Under the pieces are notes generated by a model. It was not told the DNA's origin, did not search any database, and saw only the letters and a program-made list of their open reading frames with translations. DNA of 64,000 bases from Narcine bancroftii (lineage: Eukaryota): positions 81,964,001 to 82,028,000 of the forward strand of contig NC_091476.1 of the NCBI RefSeq assembly GCF_036971445.1, read 5' to 3'. Position 1 is the first letter of the stretch. Each line of letters begins with the position of its first letter. A program made the translations under genes and the position numbers. Of the stretch, positions 61,001-64,000 are shown one piece after another.

Positions 61001-64000
61001 CTCCGTGTGACGGGAAGGCGCTTCGCTCCGTGTGCTAGGATGCGGCCTTCCTCCGTGCAAGGCACGGGGTTTTGTTCCCCGTGACGGGATGGAGCTTCGC
61101 TCTGTGTGACGGGAGTGGAGGAGGCTTTGCTCTGAGTGACGGGACAGGGCATCGCTCTTTGTGACGGGTTGGGGCTTTACTCTGTGTCCCTGCCCCGGTG
61201 GGTTGGGGCTTTGCTCTGTGTCCCCGCCCCAGGTTTGTATGATGGGACGGGGCGTCACACCGTGCGACAGGAAGGGCCTACGCTCCATGTGACGGGTCGG
61301 GGCTTCGCTCCCTGTGACGTGTCGGGGCTTCACTGCGCGTGACGGGACGGGGCTTCGCTCCGCGTGACAGGACGGCTCTTCGCTCTGTGTGATGGGCTCC
61401 GTCTTCACTCTGTGTGACGGGACGGGGCTTCTCACTGTGTGATGGGACGGGGCTTCGTTCTCGTGACGGGACGGGGCTTCGCACTTTGTGTCGGGACGGG
61501 GCTTCGCTCTTCGTGACGGGACGGGGATTCGGTCTTTGTGACGGAGTGTGTGATGGGACAGGGCTTCACTGCGCGTGACGGGACTGGGCTTTGCTCGGCG
61601 TGACGGGACGGTGTTTTGCTCGGTGTGACGGGACCGTTCTTTGCTCGGTGAGACTAGAAGGGGCTTTGCTCGGTGTGACGGGACTGGGCTTTGCTCGATG
61701 TGACTGGACGGGGCTTTGCTCGGTGTGATGGGACGGGGCTGTGCTCGCTGTGACGGGACGGGGCTTTGCTCTGTGTGACGGGACGCGGCTTCTCTCGGTG
61801 AGACGGGACGGGGCTTCGCTCTTTGTGACAGACCGGGGCTTCACTCTTTGTGACGGGATGGGGCTTCGCTCTTTGTGACGGGACGGGGCTTCTCTCCTTG
61901 TGACGGGACGGGGCTTCTCTCCTTGTGACGGGATGGGGCTTTGCTCTTTGTGACGGGACTGGGCTTCACGCTGTGTCGCTGCCATGGGAGTGTGTGACGG
62001 GAAGGGGCTTCGCTCTGTATGAACGGTATGGGGAGAGGCTTTGCTCTGTGTGACGGGAAGGGGCTTTGCTCGGCGTGACGGGACGGGGCTTCGCTCTGTG
62101 TGACGGGACGGTGCTTCGCTCTGTGTGAGGGGACGGGGCTTCGCTCTTTGTGACGGGACGGGGCTTCGCACTTTTTGTCGGGACGGGTCTTCGCTCTTTG
62201 TTACAGGACGTGACTTCGCTCTGTGTGACGGGACGTGGCTTTGCTCGGTGTGACGGGACGGGGCTTCGCTCTGTGTGACTGGAAGGGGCTTCGCTCGGCG
62301 TGACGGGACGGGGCTTCGCTCCGTATGACGGGACGGGGCTTCGCTCGGCGTGACGGGACGGGGCTTCACTACGTGTGACGGGACGGGACTTCGCTCCGTG
62401 TGCCAGGACGGGATTTTCTCTGCGTGACGGGACGGGGCTTCGCTCCCTGTGACGTGTCGGGGCTTCACTGCGCGTGACGGTACGGGGCTTCGCTCCGCGT
62501 GACGGGACGGCTCTTCGCTCTGTGTGATGGGCTCGGTCTTCACTCTGTGTGACAGGACGGGGCTTCTCACTGTGTGATGGGACGGGGCTTCGTTCTCGTG
62601 ACGGGACGGGGCTTCGCACTTTGTGTCGGGACGGGGCTTCGCTCTTCGTGACGGGACGGGGATTCGGTCTTTGTGACGGAGTGTGTGACGGGACGGCGCT
62701 TCACTGCGCGTGACGGGACTTGGCTTTGCTCGGCGTGACGGGACGGTGCTTTGCTCGGTGTGACGGGACGGTGCTTTGCTCGGTGAGACTAGAAGGGGCT
62801 TTGCTCGGTGTGACGGGACTGGGCTTTGCTCGATGTGACTGGACGGGGCTTTACTCGGTGTGATGGGACGGGGCTGTGCTCGGTGTGACGGGACGGGGCT
62901 TTGCTCTGTGTGACGGGACGCGGCTTTGCTCGGTGTGACGGGACGGGGCTTCGCTCTTTGTGACAGACCGGGGCTTCACTCTTTGTGACGGGATGGGGCT
63001 TCGCTCTTTGTGACGGGACGGGGCTTCTCTCCTTGTGACGGGACGGGGCTTCTCTCCTTGTGACGGGATGGGGCTTTGCTCTTTGTGACGGGACTGGGCT
63101 TCACGCTGTGTCGCTGCCATGGGAGTGCGTGACGGGAAGGGTCTTCGCTCTGTATGAACGGTATGGGGCGAGGCTTTGCTCTGTGTGGCGGGACAGGGCT
63201 TCGCTCTTTGTGACGGGACGGGGCTTTACTGTGTGTCCCTGCCCCGGTAGGGTGTGACGGGTTGGGGCTTTGCTCTGTGTCCCCGCCACAGGTTTGTATG
63301 ATGGGACGGGGCGTCACACCGTGTGACGGGAAGGGGCTACGCTCCGTGTGACGGGTCGGTGCTTGGCTCCCTGTGACGGGACGGGGCTTCGCTGCGTGTG
63401 AGGGGACGGGGTTTCGCTCTGTGTGACGGGACGGGGCTTTGCTCCGTGTGCCAGGACGCGGCCTTGCTCCGTGTGAGGGGATGGGGTTTCCTCCGTGTGA
63501 CGGGACGTGGCTTGCTCCGTGTAAGGCACGGCGCTTTGTTCCGAGTGACAGCTTCGCTCTTTGTGACGGGACGGGGCTTCTCTCTGTGTGACGGGACGGG
63601 GCTTTGCTCGCTGTAACGGGACGGGGCTTTGATCGCTGTAACGGGACGGGGCTTTGCTCGGCGTGACGGGACCGTGCTTCGCTCGGTGTGACAGGACGGG
63701 GCTTCGCTCGGTGTGACGGGACGGGGCTTCGCTCCGTGTGACGGGACGGGGCTTCGCTCTGTGTGACGGAATAGGGATTTGCTCTGTGTGACCGGACGGG
63801 GCTTTACTCTGAGTGATGGTAATGGACTTCACTCTGTCTCCCCGCCCAGGAGTGTGTGACGGGAAGGGGCTTTGCTCTCTGTGAGGGGACGGTGCTAGGC
63901 TTTGCTCTGTGTTGCGGTACGGGGCTTCGCTCCCTGTGATGGGTCGGGGCTTCGCTGCGAGTGACGGTATGGGGCTTCGCTCGGTGTGACGGGACGGGGC
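58063..64000. repeat. Domain II main segment, with irregular ~1.1-1.6 kb internal repeats
   Basis: Recurrent GAGACTAGAAGGGG (~58491, 58877, 60023, 61650, 62785) and GATGGTAATGGAC (~59304, 60550, 63815). ORF offsets are 1146 (58793>59939), 1246 (59405>60651) and 1627 (59651>61278). Confidence 0.85.
58205..58988. repeat. Local tandem duplication, 2 x 386 bp
   Basis: GGACGGCTCTTCGCTCTG occurs at 58211 and 58597, and the downstream sequence stays colinear at +386 (ORF starts 58325>58711). Confidence 0.8.

Larger units (their letters stand above)
1..64000. repeat. GC-rich tandem satellite array, 25-bp base monomer GTGACGGGACGGGGCTTCGCTCC(TC/GT), head-to-tail, single orientation; runs to both window edges
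   Basis: GTGACGGGACGGGGCTT recurs about every 25 bp throughout (e.g. 201-225; nearly pure run ~4345-4965). I saw no inverted blocks and no non-repeat sequence. Confidence 0.98.

Noticed and set aside
277-63832. All ORF-track entries (Ser/Pro/Arg/His-rich minus-strand and Cys/Gly-rich plus-strand peptides) as protein-coding genes
   Set aside because: They are translations of the satellite. The same peptide appears in all three overlapping frames, many starts are non-ATG, no domain is recognisable, and indels between copies are mostly 25/50/5 bp and ignore frame.
1-64000. CRISPR array (25-bp semi-palindromic repeat)
   Set aside because: Repeats are directly adjacent with no unique spacers. 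The 19-bp inserts are homologous to each other and recur, and there are no cas genes or leader.
1-64000. CpG-island promoter, or selenoprotein-like TGA read-through on the + strand
   Set aside because: CpG richness and periodic TGA both follow from the monomer sequence. There is no adjacent gene, no SECIS evidence and no frame preservation.

Overview
The whole 64 kb window is one GC-rich tandem-repeat (satellite/minisatellite-like) array in a single orientation. I see no unique sequence, genuine gene, RNA gene, transposase or CRISPR array. The base monomer is 25 bp (consensus GTGACGGGACGGGGCTTCGCTCC[TC/GT], 72% GC, 2 A per monomer). It is punctuated by a family of ~19-bp C-rich inserts (consensus ~GTCCCYGCCCCRGGAGTGT), giving ~44-bp long monomers. 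These build three recognisable modules (A, B, C; B and C are old paralogues), which build ~2-2.5 kb units, which build a ~7.1-7.7 kb higher-order repeat. Recent duplications lie at offsets of 4421, 5118, 5268, 7642/7666, 17699 and 27944 bp, read from identical ORF-track entries. Near 54.35 kb the array switches to a more diverged sub-family (domain II), which is interrupted by a 2.06 kb block of domain I flanked by a ~420-bp direct duplication. The ORFs are best explained as artefacts: the minus strand of the monomer has no stop codon in any frame, so three monomers give the same 25-aa peptide in all three frames. Many variants are CpG>TpG/CpA changes, which suggests a CpG-methylating eukaryote. 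From memory only, the long monomer resembles repeats of cartilaginous fishes. I found no evidence for a novel protein-coding system; the interest lies in array architecture, rearrangement junctions and possible secondary structure.
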